64,000 bases of DNA from Octopus sinensis (GCF_006345805.1 NC_042999.1:39804001-39868000); one strand, 5' to 3'. Shown: positions 26,591-42,400, counted from the stretch's first letter. The notes: generated from the letters alone by a model not told the origin. Translations and numbers: made by a program.

Positions 26591-27019
26591 TTCTTTTTGT
26601 CAAAATTCATTCCAATGTTATCTGAAAATGTTTTTATTAATTCCAATTTTTTTTTGGTATTGATAACATTTATATATACTTATTTTTTTTATTTTAAGAT
26701 TTCTTACCAAATAGAGAAAATGCCAGTTTCTCACCTAGATACGGGGCTCCTTCATTGGAATTTCAACGACATCAAGAGGGTATTTTTGTATATATGCATA
26801 TGTGATGATTTGTATGTTTTGTTTTATGTATATTTTCTCATGCATATAATTGGATGTCTAGATATACTCATATCCACTTAAATGATAAAATTCTGGAAAG
26901 TTTTACTGACTTTTACAGTTCCAGTGATGGCTTGAATCTGTAGTCTTTGAATCAGCTCTCTCCTTTCTGGTTTTGAGAAACCTAATTTCCCAAGATTGCT
27001 ACTTAGGTAGTGTGTTAAG

Positions 27020-27215
27020 TACATTATTTACATTACAATTGACGGATATTTGTCCTCATCTTGTTTGTTGTCAAAACAACATTTTACTTGAGGGTATATC
27101 AGCCGAACTTTTGTGTTAACAACAAACAAGATGAGGCGAAATATCCGTTAATTGTAAATAATGTAAATCATGTACGTAATTCCTCATCTCTTAAATATAG
27201 AACTGTATTAGTGTG
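27020..27215 (+). mobile_element. Degenerate PLE fold-back (arms ~27020-27075 / 27115-27165 plus right tail)
   Basis: gacggatatttgtcctcatcttgtttgttg versus caacaaacaagatgaggcgaaatatccgtt. The spacer holds gagggtatatcagccGAAc, a decayed HHR 3' half (inference). Confidence 0.6.
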
Positions 27216-28092
27216 TTAAATATCCCAGTACCCCAATAATTACACTTGTAATCTAGATAGAGTAGATATTGATTCCGCTATCGTTCAGCATAGGTATTTT
27301 TTCCTTCGCGGGTTTCAGATTTACGTTAACAACTGCAGGGCAGTTGGTTTTCACAACTATGCACAACTGTGAATACTTTATCTGTACTATCCCAAAAAAC
27401 CATATATGCATGTATGTTTGTATGCATGCATGTATGTATGCATGCTTGCATTTATGTATGTGTGTGTATATATAGATATATCAGACATAATTATTCCCAG
27501 TTTTTCATGCTACCTTTCATTGGTATCTCACGTAATATATTGTCACAAATTTAGAGAGGTAGTTCAACTGGAGTTTTGAAGTAGATGGATAGCATTTTAT
27601 CCCCGTGGTAGATATACTGATAATATTTATAAATATATAAGCAACTGCATGTATAAGTATATAGATATACACTTTGTAGGCAAGAATGGTAGAGAAATGA
27701 ATAAATAATTAGAGATAAAATAAAGAAGTATGGAACAAAATAAATAGTTATATAGATAAATAGTTAAACAGAAGTACATATTTACAGATATATTGGGAGA
27801 TAAATTGATAGAGGCAGATGGCGAACGGTGAGGTTAAGAAAACAAATGTGCATCTGTCGTTATTATTCCTTTTTCAATCTTGGTTTTTATGTATCGTTTA
27901 AAATCACCTATATTCTATACATTGAATTATTCGATACTAGAATAAAACAAGGCAAAAATATTAGTGTTTTTTGTAAGGAAAGGATACTCACACACACACA
28001 CACGTACATACATAAATACAGATCGATAAATAGATTGACAGATGGATAGATAGATAGATAGATAGATGCATACATACATACTACATACATAC

Positions 28093-28163
<71 letters not shown>

Positions 28164-29404
28164 TGAGAGAGAGAGAGAGCAAGGTAGATAGTGCAATAGT
28201 TAAACACACAGAAAAATAGAAACAAATCTTTTTAAGCTCAAATGTGGAGGAAAAATGATTAGCCATGTTAGAGGAGGCCTTATTTTTCTCATTTTCTCAA
28301 TTTCTCACTATGGCTGCTGCTAAACATACATACCCCCACGCATGCACACACACACACACACACACACACACACCACATATATATATATATAGTATATATA
28401 TATATATTATATATATATATATATTATATATATATTATATATATATATATATTGATATTGTTGCTTTAATATACGTGAACACATGGTTGCCTTCTATATT
28501 TCAGTTAGCCTAATCTTCGTTGAATAGTAATTTGGTAGGTCTATTTCAAATAAATTGTTTCCTGAGGCATCGACTGGGAAATTCACTTAGTAATTAAACC
28601 CAGCAGTAAGTGATGACGTTGATTTTATAAATATATACATTTGAGTATCAATTAGATTTGTTTGCAATTACAGCGGATATTTACTTGGAAGACACTCGCA
28701 GCTTGAAAGCGCAGTATTTTGAATTTTCATTCTGCTTTATGTATTTATGCGGGTCGACCTGTTCTACAGGATCAATTATGGCAATTAATCGTAAATTTTG
28801 TAATTTATCTATAAATGTTGTACCACTACATATGAAAACACACACACACACACACACTTATAAGCACAACACATAAATGCACATGTAGTCTCTCAGACGC
28901 ATATGTAAAGATTTACTCGTTCCCATTTATATGCCTACTATATACCTAGAGAAGCGCACACCCATTACTAAAAGGTATACACACAAATCAAGGCGTGCAA
29001 AGGTACTTGAAATTTCGCAAAATCAGAAAAACAAAATCTTGCTCTTAGCTATTGTATACTGTGTTTAATCTTCTGCCATGCAAATGAGTACAGAAAGTGA
29101 AGGAACCAACACATTCTAACAAGATCTTCGAGGCCCGTTATCCAAAATTCTATTCCTCTTCTGATAGACTGCGCAGCGAATTCGATTTGGCGTAAATCGA
29201 AATGGTCTAAAACGAAGTATAGGTGCCTTCGTGATACCACCAATAAAATTTTTAAGAGTAACAATGGTTTTCAAAATTTTTATATTTCTATCACTTAATG
29301 CACATCAGGCCAGTGTTAGTGCCCGTGATATTTACCGGCATCTGTGGCAGGTGACTCTGACGCTAGCGAAAAATAGGTGCACAATATGATTACTATTGTG
29401 TATA

Positions 29405-29786
29405 TGGGAAGCAATCCGTCGGTTACAATGATGAGGCTTCCGGTTGATCCGAATCAACGGAACAGCCTGCTCGTGAATGTGCAAGTGGCTGAGCACTCCA
29501 CAGACACGTGCACCCTTAACGTAGTTCTCGGGGATATTCAGCGTGACACAGAGAGTGATAAGACCGGACCCTTGAAATACAGGTACAACAGAAACAGGAA
29601 GTAAGAGTGAAAGAAAGTTGTGGTGAAAGAGTACAGCAGGGATCACCACCATCCCCTGCCGGAGTCTCGTGGAGCTTTTAGGTATTTTTGCTCAATAAAC
29701 ACTCACAACGCCCGGTCTGGGAATCGAAACCGCGATCCTATGACCACGAGTCCGCTGCCCTAACCACTGGGCCATTGCGCCTCCAC
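29405..29786 (-). mobile_element. Full-length tRNA-derived SINE type D (gtggaggcgcaatggcccagtggttaggg...)
   Basis: A box tggcccagtggttagg and B box gtttcgattccc, followed by a ~300-bp body. Confidence 0.88.
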
Positions 29787-29899
29787 TATTGTGTATATAT
29801 ATGCATGATTAAAACGCATGCAGAAACTATATTTTCAGTGGATTGCACGGTGGTGACATAAACTTCCTTTTTTCTTAAGCGAGTCTTTCCCTTCTTTTG

Positions 29900-30460
29900 C
29901 ACCAGTAGCAGCGTATCACGTTGTAGCAGCGTGACAGGATTTGGTGGAGGTCATTCAACCTAAATGCAAATAAAATTAGGTATTCCCAAGAGTTCGTATT
30001 CCGAACCTTCTCTTCTTTTTTGTAAAGTATGTCCTACATACTTCAGCGACCAATAATACATAGCTGCACACTGATGATACGGATGCTTATTTTATTCTAC
30101 CCTTCTTTGACACACTTCAGCCACAGCCACATTAGCCACTCTACACATCAAACCTACATTTGTTCAATCCGAATGGACGACGTTTATTAAATAGAAACTA
30201 AACAAATGACAGAAATGTCTTTCTCATTCCACCAAGCCACACACCGTCTAAACATGCTCACCACTAAAGAGGAGCCCTCAAAAATCACGATTCCACTGAT
30301 ATGTATATATAATTCCTCATATACACGTGATAGCGTCGCTCACACAGCTCTTACGTTGAAAGACTGCAAGCACCCCGTGTACCAATATGTTCAGTCCATA
30401 GTACTCAGAGTATGGACACTAGAATCGATTTGCAAATTATGATCCCAATCATTAACGGTA
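29900..30460 (+). mobile_element. Possible old Jockey/I-group RT remnant
   Basis: LGIPKSSYSEPSLL (GxPQGS-like) followed at plausible spacing by LHTDDT (YADD-like). Highly decayed. Confidence 0.4.
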
Positions 30461-31290
30461 TTAATTTCATTGCTCACCGATGTTCTGCGAAAAACATGGG
30501 CGATGCACCTTCCTCAAGATCTAAGAACTCAAATGAGAGATAATAGGACACAGTTCATGTAAAATTATATGACAGCCGGCGCTTGTTAGATTAGGCCAAC
30601 GTCAATAATTGTTCTGATTATCAAAGGCCAGTTCATCCTGTTGTTTATGTGAATAACAACACTTGGATTGTTACGCAGAATAGCACAACGGCGCCCAGGA
30701 CGTTTTGTTGGATCATCTCTGTCACCCATAGAAGCAGCTAATTCTTTTGAGTACCTAGCTTTTGTCTAATAATAAAGAAAACCGATATATCATGGCTCCA
30801 GTATGGTCGCAAACATTTTCCTCACCAGGTAGACAACTAGTGCCAATTGTGAAAGCACCAACGTTTTCGCAATTCCGGCAAGCCATCATCGTTTGAGTGC
30901 GCGCGCGTGTGTGTGTGTGAGGTAGGATCCAGAATGGAAGTTGATATAGATGGGACTTGAAATCTTATTACACTAAGTCAGAAATAAATATCAGTAAAAA
31001 CCCTATCCGATCCTTTAATGTCTCTGCCCATGTGCCGACATGAAAAATAATAAGTATATTTTATCATTATCACTTTACATTTCTCTAATATTTTACATTC
31101 TACAACCAAACTAGTTTATATTGTTCTGTCAGTGAGTACTATTTATATATTCACTTTATGCGTTTATAAGAACTGTATCCCAAAACCCGGTGACAACAAA
31201 TGTAAAATTTCTATAAGTGTAATCACGGAAACCATCTCAATTTTCTTCATGACGCCAACAAAATTATATATACTTATGCATTCATACATA

Positions 31291-31328
<38 letters not shown>

Positions 31329-31909
31329 TACGTGTGTGTATGTGCGTGCATATGTATGTATGCATGCACATATACATGGCGCCCGATTTGTATATTCACA
31401 TTACTGATGCGCTCATCGACTTAAGTTGAATAATGTGTTCTGTGCTGCGTTTTGCATAGAACATTTTATATGCGGTAAGGTTGTACAGTGGTACAATTCT
31501 AGGTACGAAATCTTTATTTAATAGAAATTCTGTTTAAAGAAGGGTATCTCAACAATGATATATTTATGGTGTTTATTGTACAGGCTCCAGTGTGTCGCAT
31601 ACTTTATTTCATTTCGACAATTTTAATCTGTTGCCATTTCAGCTGGGTAAGAACGAAGCAATTTAACAATACAATAATGTAATATTACTGTAAGAATTAT
31701 ACAGTTTAAGACTTTAATGCATGCGTCTATCTTAGAAACTATAAAATTTCGATAATATAACGTGAGGGTGAGAAACGGTAATACTGTTTAAATTTAAGAA
31801 GAAAAAAAACGTAAAAAATGTTGAATATATAATTATTATGTTACTTGTTTCGCAGTACTGATACCACTTATGTTGTATGTGTATGTGTATATATGCATGT
31901 GTGTGCTGG

Positions 31910-32145
31910 CGCGTAGGTTCCTTATGCATTCTAAAACCGAGTAAGCTTTTGGCAACCAGCTTCACTATATTTTCATTCACTTATTTGCATTACAAAAATT
32001 TAAGATTATCATTTTTCTTTTAGTCATCCATCGTAAAGGACATCTGTAGAACCACCATCACACCGACGATAACGTTACATTTTCTCTATATGTTCGCACG
32101 TTTCTTACGCAAGTTAGGCTGATAACTGACAAGTATTATATATAT

Positions 32146-32178
<33 letters not shown>

Positions 32179-32320
32179 GTAACGGTTTATGTGTCTGTCA
32201 GTATATATTTTTTTGACGGCTGACACAAACACGTACACATCTCTAAAGACAGAGACAGGCACACACACAGAAAATGCACGTGTGTCGCTCTTAGTTTATG
32301 TATGTAACTGCCACGCCCAA
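31910..32320 (+). repeat. Dispersed repeat segment X, copy 2
   Basis: Homology to 13670-14200. Confidence 0.6.
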
Positions 32321-33422
32321 CAGTGAAACGCACCGACATTGAAAGTTACTTGCTACCTGGACTTCAAACAAACGACAACGTTCACTTTCAAGTACTGCCA
32401 ACATGAAGATTTGGCTGATTCAGCACCACGGACAATACTCGCAAATATTTCTGAAAATAAATAAATTATTGTGGTTCTTATAACAAATTCGGTAACTTGG
32501 CAAAGTAGGAAACCTCAGCGGCCCTTTCAATATAATTAAAGAAATATTACTCCAATCCTTCTAACCATTTTCAAGATAATATTTTTTAACAATCCTTGTA
32601 TTCTTCATCACTGTGAGTATCATCGTCGCATATACTTTTTACTGCGTTATTCAGTATTTATTCTACAGCCTGCAATGTTACACAGTTCAAGAACAACATC
32701 TTCCTTCTTATACACTATGTTCAGCGTTCGTTTCAAAATTGCAAAATAAATTATTTTTGCATGAAAAATTGGATTATGCTTTCTGAATTTTCTTGAAGTT
32801 TCATTGACTTCACCCTGACATTCATTCAATCGCGAATTTTAATAACATTTAGTACAGGTTCCAAATAAATGCTAACTTTCTGTAATTTCTTACATTGGTG
32901 ACGCATACTAACTTTTCGTAAGTTGGTGACTTTACATCGTTTTATAGCATAACTATGTTACAGAAAGTATGTCTTGTAGCTATATTGACTACATTTCGTT
33001 TCGCTTGAACTTAGTGTATGAGCATTTCGCTGTTTTAATTAGTATCGATTCTATGAGTGTGTATGTGCTTCTGCGTTCGATACGTAAATAGTAAAGTGTA
33101 GTAAATGACATTTTACGCTGTTTTAATAAGCGCACATCTTATCAAGTAGCCATCCCTACGGTTGGTGATCCCATTGAAAATCATGATATTCTCAATCGTG
33201 TTCAAGATAACAATCTTAAACGTGTTTCACAGACTCATCCCTCTTATGTGTTCTCCAATATAATCTTATTCAGTGGAATATTCCTCGGATGTAACCTGCA
33301 GCAGGATATTCAATATTCCTCGCATGTAACTTGCATCAGGATAGCCAATTACAAACAAAAGGGTGTCGTCAAATGATTTATATTCTTACCAACTTATTTT
33401 AAGACCAGAACAATCAAATCCC

Positions 33423-33635
33423 TTCTACAACAGTCACGAGGCCTGAAATTTCGGGGGAGAAGACCAGTCGATAACATCGACCCCAATGTCTCACTATTAC
33501 TTAATTTTATCGACCCCGTAAGGATTAAAGGCAAAGTTGACACTGGCGCAATTTGAACTCAGAACGTAAAGACAGGCGAAATGCCACCGAAGCATTTTGC
33601 TCGGTATGCTAACAATTCTACCAGCTCGCCGCCTT
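33423..33635 (-). mobile_element. tRNA-derived SINE type B, full length
   Basis: The reverse complement begins aaggcggcgagctggtagaattgttagc and contains ggggtcgataaaattaagta...ggggtcgatgttatcgact. Confidence 0.88.
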
Positions 33636-34040
33636 CCAGAACAATCAAATCAATTACACATGTCAAATACGCTTTATTTTCATTTACATATTTTCTACGT
33701 TATCTTAATAACCAGCTATAGTTATTTCAAATACACTTCTCTACAATGGCCAGCTTTCATTACAAAATGAAAATATCTTCACACTTTCAATTTGAACCAA
33801 AATTACAAAGCGTTGCATTACGAGAGTGATGATGTGGGAATAATGAAAGTAGTGTTTCTCCGAATTAGTCACATGTGTATTATAATAAAAAAAGTAGTTT
33901 AATATCTATCTACCAAATAAACTATGTTTTTGACTCAACAACTCTTTTTTACAACTAAAGTGACCTCAGGAACTACGTTGGGTCGTACAAATTTGAGCTA
34001 ATTTTCGGCCAATATTTTGATTTGTATCACATTTGTCTAA

Positions 34041-35334
34041 TTCTCACACATGTGTAGAATTCTACTCAGACAAAATATTTATGAAAATGTACACAGAAAT
34101 ATTGTATTAAAATAAGACAACCCCACCCCCCAAAAATGCATTAAATACATCCATTTCTGTATATGTTATGAGGAAATAAACCTCTCTCTCTCTCTCTCTC
34201 TCTCTCGGTCTCACGCACACAAATGGTGTATGCATATGTATTTATGGGCGAAGGTCAAGAATGCGTACTCCCGGTGTCTATGGTTAGAGTTATGGTTACA
34301 CCTATTTTTGTACGTGTATATGAAAGATAATGTGTGTGTCAGAGAGAGAGTGTGCGAGTGAGTGTCATTTGCACATACATGCAAAAGATTTCATACATCA
34401 CAACACACTACTTCACATACTTTCTCTCTCTTTCTCTCACTTTCTTTCTCACACACACACGACCATTTCATATACACGTATATCATGCACTTTTTCCTCT
34501 CTTTTATTTCCTCCTCTCACTTCAAGGCAAATTTCGCCTTTTCACTTTATCCTATCTTTCAATTTCTGGTCTCTTCATAGCATACACAAATTAAAACAAT
34601 TTTAGGGAAATTAACAAAAAAGCATATGAACTCATATATGTCGAGTTGATATATATAAAAGAATGAAAGAAAGCCATAAAATAACTTCCTTTGACACACA
34701 CACACACACAGATGTATACACACGCTCTAAGTAAAACTTCTATGCGAATTATGTTAATTCTTGCAAAGTGCACGTGTAAAGTTACTGTTCAAACCCAATT
34801 GAAATGATCTAATTCTATTGTTTAATTTGTGTTTGTGATGAGTGCATTTAAAAGCACGATCTTCGATTTAAACTTAACAGAAAGTTTTCCCAGAAATCCT
34901 GTCCTTTACCTCTTCTTTCTAGCATGCCCGCGGTGACATTTCTGTCCCACTACCTTTATTTGTTCCTAAACTTCTTCCCATTCTCCTGCTTGCGATACTG
35001 GAGATTACGATTTCACCCACAAAACACGTTCTCAATATTTTAATTTTCTCCCTCTCCACACCAAATTCATTTTTTACATTTTTAAAAATTTTTATTATTG
35101 GTAATCCATGGAGAAAAACTAGATAGTATGAATCTTTACGTATTTTACTCATCACCTCATCACTTTCAAAAAGCTACGCACTCCCATTGTTTCACATTTA
35201 GCCTTTTCAAAAAAAGGGAAGTTTCTTTAAAAAATAATGCCGTTTACCTGTTGTTTCTAGCATGTCGGGTTTTCTGTTGGTGATCTGGTATTTTTAAAGT
35301 CTACTATCTCAGTAGAATTCTACGTATGCGGGAA
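34041..35334 (+). mobile_element. Non-autonomous TIR DNA element, copy 2
   Basis: Left end ttctcacacatgtgtagaattctact; right end agtagaattctacgtatgcgggaa. Colinear with 14411-15765. Confidence 0.65.
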
Positions 35335-35471
35335 AAATCAGACAAAGGTGGAAGTTTTTTTTTTTTTGGAAAGCTGGTAGATGATGGATGGGCGAGGTCC
35401 AGGATAGGGCATTGAGTGTTTCTTTAAGAAAAATTAAACTTCAAAAAATATACATACATACATACATACGT

Positions 35472-35545
<74 letters not shown>

Positions 35546-35925
35546 CCCAGAATTGTAAACTCTGTATTTTTCTACGTAGAAAAAAAAATTGAAAAAATTA
35601 CAAATTAAAAATTGCGAAATAAAAATTTTGAAAACGTGAATTCTGGACCAAATCGTATTCATCTCATTTTATATGATGAAACAATACACAGTATCTGATC
35701 ATTCTTAAGAAAAGAAAGCACTCTACTTGTTCTACCCAGAAATGGCTCTGATCAAAATAGCATTAATTTTTTCACGTCGCTGAATTTTCCTCAATTGATC
35801 AATAGACAAATAAGAGTAAATCTATCGGTAATGTACCTATAATGACTACTGGAAACATCCGTAAGCCAATTTGATCCCAAAAATAAAAAAAAACATGCAT
35901 TGACTATAATTTTAAACTTGCTTCT

Positions 35926-35980
<55 letters not shown>

Positions 35981-35984
35981 CCTT

Positions 35985-36075
35985 CTTTCTTTCCTTTCCT
36001 GAACGTACAATAACACCATACTTATTCCACGTCCTTGAGTTGTCGATTTTTCTCATTTATGCTTGGATTAACTAT
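35985..36075 (+). mobile_element. PLE family A tail only, between (TA)n tracts
   Basis: Homology to 3810-3905. Confidence 0.6.
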
Positions 36076-36279
36076 ATATATATATATATATATCGAGAGA
36101 GAGAGAGATTCCCTGTGCTTGTCTGTCTGTCCCACAAAACAAGTGAGACACTATCTCATTTATAAGCGTAGCTGTTTTGTCCACGTTCACATTCTATGGT
36201 GATGATAATGTAACCAGAGCTAATATACCAAAGTTCTCAAAGAAACGGCACCTTTCAATCTCGCTCCCTCTCCCTGTCC

Positions 36280-36323
<44 letters not shown>

Positions 36324-37262
36324 ATGTTTCTGTCTTTCTATTTGGCCGGAAATTCTCTTGTGCCGAGAATAGACAGTGGTCCAGACAATGACAACCACCA
36401 CACAATATTTATGCAAAAATGGACTGTTCTGGAAAATTAAACACAGTCAATTTCTTTCTCTCTTTCTCTCTTTAATGGCAAAAGCATTCTGTGGTCAATA
36501 GGTCCAAGAAAATTTCTTCAAGGCGGTGCCCCAGCAAGGCCACAATCTAATGACTGAAAGAAGTAAAAGGTGAAAAGAAAGACAAAATAAAAGAAAATTA
36601 TAAGAGTGTCTTTTTGCGAACTCTCACCAGCAGAACGGAACTCTAAAGAAACGGTGGCGCTATTTTTTATCTGTCTGTCTCTCTCTCTCATTTTCTCTCT
36701 TTAATGGATGCACACACACACACACACACATACACACACAGATACAAACACATACACACACAGATACACACACACATACGCACACACATACACACACAGA
36801 TACACACACACGCGTACAGATACAGAATCACACACACGCACACACGTATATTCATTCGTGTTTCAGATATACCTATTTATCTAACTTCTCCGTTCTGTTA
36901 TAACTATACAAGTTTCTTTCACATTAGCACAGACAATCTGACCAGGCAGCCATACGCACAAAGATGCAAATTCACAGCGAAACGAAAATCATCGACAAAC
37001 CAAAAAGAAGACAACTAAACGACGCTTTGCTTTCCAATTCCTGTAATATAGACTCGGAATTTCAGCAAAAACACTGACAACATTCAGCATTTGTAAATGC
37101 AGTTCACTGTTACTTACTGATATTCACACATCATTTGTACTTTCATTTCACTACAGCTTCCTGATATACTTTATCAAAAGCATTTCTCATTCCCTTCAGC
37201 TAATCTTCTTGCATTACTGTAAAATATCGTCCGAATTTCAATTCATTATTAGTTACTGATAT

Positions 37263-37677
37263 TTACTCTTTTACTCTTTTACTTGTTTCAGTCATTTGAC
37301 TGCGGCCATGCTGGAGCACCGCCTTTAGTCAAGCAAATCGACCCCAGGACTTATTCTTTGTAGCCCAGTACTTATTCTATCGGTCTCTTTTGCCAAACTG
37401 CTAAGTGACGGGGCCGTAAGCACACCAGCATCGGTTGTCAAGCAATGCTAGGGGGACAAACACAGACACATAAACATACATACACACGTACATATACATA
37501 TATATACGTATATACGACAGGATTCTTTCAGTTTCCGTCAACCAAATCCACTCACAAGGCATTGGTCGGCCCGGGGCTATTCCAGAAGACACTTGCCCAA
37601 GATTCCACGCAGTGGGACTGAACCCTGAACCGTGTGGTTGGTTAGCAAGCTACTTACCACACAGCCACTCCTGCGCC
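37263..37677 (-). mobile_element. Full-length SINE type A
   Basis: Reverse-complement match to 5951-6371. Confidence 0.9.
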
Positions 37678-38046
37678 TATATTTATTATCAAAAAACAAA
37701 GTCTCATAGAAAATGACCGTCAAAAAACAAGCATCAATCAAACGCACGTCGTGCATCAAAAAACTATGATGAGAGATGTGCACGGCTTGCAGATCAGTGA
37801 CAAAGAAAATAAGATCGACGTGCATCTGAAACCGAGCATCGATGAAATGCTAGATAAATAACGTACAACTCAGTTATTATTGGCATATCATAAACAAACA
37901 CACGTTCATGTAGGATACTGATATTGCCTCTACTTCAATTATTACATAGTTTTCTCTACATACAGGTTCAATGTGGATCCCGATAGACTGTAAAAGTAAT
38001 TACCCAATCAACGACGGCTCTTACTGCTAACACACATACACACACA

Positions 38047-38155
<109 letters not shown>

Positions 38156-39017
38156 TCGGGGTGAGTACTTGATAATTATAAGCACCTGTGTATACCGTTT
38201 GGTGGTGTAGGTGGTGGAGTAAATTGATCAAAATAAAAACATGATGCGAAGGATTCAGCGGTACATATGTTTCGGGCCTTTATTAGACAGATTTATAACA
38301 ATGTATAATGTATGTCTGTGGCCTTCTTCAGCCGCGCACAACAGCTTCCACAAGGACATGTGTTACATCAAAAATTCTTGGTTGGGGATGCAAATCCTCC
38401 CATTCGCGTACGACATAATGCGGCAGCAGCATAGAATTGAAGCATCCATCTCTTTCTTCTCTCAATGTGTGATGAGGAAAATTGGATGTTGAAGTAATGT
38501 AAATAAATAAATACATGTATATACGTGACATGTATACAATATATATATGTATATATATACATATATATATTTATAATGCAATTAAGATTCATTTGCATTA
38601 GGTACTTAAATTGGGGCACGTGCTACATCTGAGTAGCATGCATGTTCTTCTATGTTAAATGAATATCAGACTAGGTGAATAAGGGCTGCTCACATGAGAT
38701 TCTTGCAGTGTATGCAGATAACACGACTCAGCTGAGTGAAGAAATCCGCTGTTAGCTATTCAAACCCATATTATATTTAAAATACTGTCTATAATATTTA
38801 CGAAGCGTAGATTCCAGGACACGTGAATAAAATGATTCGATTCGTTACTCACTGGTGTAAGTATTTTTTGACTTCTACCATTAGCGATAAAGGTACTCAT
38901 GTAGTACCCTTTTGTATATATGTACATATCTAATATTGTATGTTTATATTTTATTAATTTGCCTGTACGCCTGAAAATTCCCTTACCACTTGTGATGGTA
39001 TTTTAATAATGCCATCC

Positions 39018-39020
39018 CTA

Positions 39021-39078
<58 letters not shown>

Positions 39079-39090
39079 CCTATCTATCTG

Positions 39091-39154
<64 letters not shown>

Positions 39155-39158
39155 GCTA

Positions 39159-39200
<42 letters not shown>
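39018..39200. repeat. (TCTA)n-(TC)n-(TA)n compound microsatellite
   Basis: Direct reading. Confidence 0.95.
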
Positions 39201-39205
<5 letters not shown>

Positions 39206-39280
39206 TATATATGGTCCAGCATGACCACAGCCTTAGGGTTCAAACATGTAAAAAAATAGAAGACTATACATACATATAAT

Positions 39281-39470
39281 CTTTTACTCGTTTCAGTAAT
39301 TTGACTGCGGCCATGCTGGAGCACCCACTTTAGTCGAGCTAATCGACCCCAGGACTTATTCTCTGTAAACCTAGTACTTATTCTATCGGTCTCTTTTTTT
39401 CCGAACCCCTAAGCTACGGGGACGTAAATACACCAGCATCGGTTGTCAAGCGATGTTTGGGGGGACAAAC
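39281..39470 (-). mobile_element. SINE type A, 3' half
   Basis: gactgcggccatgctggagcac...agtacttattctatcggtctc...caccagcatcggttgtcaagc. Confidence 0.85.
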
Positions 39471-42400
39471 ATATATATAAATATATTCCTTTTTTTTATA
39501 GGTATAGCTAATATTTTATAACACTGTGTATGTGAGCATATGTGGGCACATATAAACGTATCTACATTCCAGTGTGAGTGGGGGCATGTGTGTGTATATT
39601 GATATGCATATACATATAATATGCGTTTGTTTGTGTGCGTGAGTCAGTGTGTACGGATGAGTACGTATGTAGGTATGTATATATTTATGTAAAAATAATC
39701 AGACTTTTTGTGGTTGTGTGCACGTGTACTTCAAGAGATGCAAGAGCAGAACATATTATACAATATGGTATATATGATATTTCTGCAAGATTACATCTAT
39801 ATGGAAATCAATATAAGTATAACTGAATGCGTTTTTGAATATGAATAGCAACGTTTTAGTGTACATATATGTATGTAGACTTGTATATTCTTAATTTAGC
39901 TTTCTACTTAGACAACTTAAATTTAATATATTTTGATGATATAAAATGGCTTTTTTAATTTATTTTTTGATTATTTGAGAATAGGAAGATCACCTTTTTT
40001 AACTTGTTATTATATTCGGAACTTGTAAGATTAATTAGCGTCAAGCAAACAGTAGAATCTAACAGAGAATGCTTTCTGTTATTTCATTTCGCTCCATTCC
40101 ATTTTGAGTCCACATGCATCCAGTCTTGACTGCTATTGAACATGATCCAGCTGTTAACGCGCTAAATATGAAGGAGATACTGAAGCGATTGAATAACGTG
40201 TCTCATCAAAGGAATGATATTGGAATTATGTTGCAAAACACTAGTAGTAATTTGATGACTTGGGCCATTCGAATCTGCAGAAAGTCACTCTGATTTGGGG
40301 AATATCAAGTTATCCTTTGATTAGTATGCAGCGCATTACTTTGTGAACACTGTAGTCTGTCTAATGTGTTAAAACTTTTTCATTCTATTACTATAAGGAT
40401 ATAACGATACACCCAGTGCCTCTGGTGCTTCTGTGTGTATGTATGTATGTATGTATGTATGTATGTATGTATGTATGTATAATAGAACCAACAGATGATC
40501 AACCAATTTTGACTCTAAATGACAATTATTTCTGATATTGAAACCAGACAAAAAAAAATACGAAACAAAAAAAAAACAAGAAATGCCCCAAGTGAAATTT
40601 AAAATTACGACATAAAGAAGGGACAAATGTTTACCTGATACATTCCTTTGGTATGACATTTGTACCCAATCTACCATTCTTTTATCCCAATGTAAAAATA
40701 TGCATCATCTCTCCTACTTCAATAAAATATCATCCGCGTTGTTTCAGTCGACAACACATATTCCTTAACAATATTTGACCATCAAAATTTTAGAGAAAGC
40801 TATATCCTTTTTCTGTTAGAGTCACTAGTCTGTAACCAACTGTTACATATTCGCAATCCTATGCTTCCACTCGGTGCAACACTATAACTAATATAGTGTG
40901 TTGATCGCTGGGCTATGAAGATCAATCACATGTGTTTGTACGCACTCAACTTCACAAATCTGCACACAGGTGTTTTAAAATGCAGTATAAATATATTAGA
41001 TTTTTAATAAGATCCTTCATTGCCTCGTATTATGAAGGTTGATAATATAATTTCCCAAATTTATTTTATAGTAATTATAGCTAATGCAACATAAGCCATA
41101 CGAAATCATACTAACGTAAACTTAGCTATACAGATACACTGAAACTGAACATTCATACATATACACACACTCGATATATATATATATATGTGTGTGTATA
41201 TGATTGTGTGTGTGTATGAGGCATGCACGTTTATGTTTGTATGTGTTTATGCATTATATAAATATAAAAGTACATATGTATTTATGCATTATATATATAT
41301 AAAAGTACATATGTATATATGCAGCAAAGCTCGGGTGTTGGTGCAGAATACTACAGATTTCTAGGGTTTATTTACTTTATTAGGGAAAAGAAGCATGTTT
41401 GTGGAAATAATTCAGCCGTATGTGTGAGGTGAAAAGATGCATGTAATTCTATCTACGCAACAAATTGCTTCAGAATACACTCATATGAATAAAAAGCGCT
41501 GGAAACGTAATCTATTCAATAAGATTACGTCTAGTGCGCACAGAAAAACAACCTTTATGAATAGATACGGAAACATCTTTACTATTCTACCTTTTCTTAA
41601 AAAAATGTTTTCCAAGCTCCTACACAGCAATTACATTATATGGTGGACATACTAGAGAAAATTAATTCCATATAAACAGTGTGTATCCTAATATTTAGTA
41701 TACTTACACACACACGCATACACACACACATGCACAGACATATTATGCATACATAGTACATATGCATATACGCATGCTGCCTTACGTAACATAATTTAAA
41801 GTTGATGTAACTCTCAATAAGAGAAATGTACGTGGTCTTATACTAGAACAAATTTGTGGTTATAACCCTTTCAGAAAACGTACACATGTATAAACTGAAA
41901 GGATCATGATTTGAACATAATTTGATCGCATCAGCTGCTGTTGTGTTACAATCATGTATTCACTCTTCGACAATATATACTGCGTCTCAATTATACGTAA
42001 ATATAATCTGGAAACAAACACAACCATTCCTGAACACACACCTATGCTGACAACCGTAAGTTTATAACCCCATATACATATAGAGAGAGGCAGGCAGACA
42101 AACATATAAAGTGAGTAAGAGAGAGAAAGACTGCATGAGATATAGAGATATGAACGTGGGCCTGAATTTGATAGATTAATATAGAATAGCAAACACACAC
42201 GCACAAACACTGGCACATATGTATATAACGTTTTTATAATATTTTTTGTTTCCTATTGTCTATTATTTTTACCATTATTTTTCACGATGTGCATTTATAT
42301 ATAATTTCATAACGAATAAAATGTATTAGGATTTTACGTAAGGACCTGGCGTTGATTGAAATGGTTTCATTCAATTAATAATGGAATGGCATCTGAGACC

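Noticed and set aside
29049-29264. 71-aa non-repetitive ORF (and the 59-codon frame at ~40113-40290)
   Set aside because: No motif recognised, and the length is within chance expectation.
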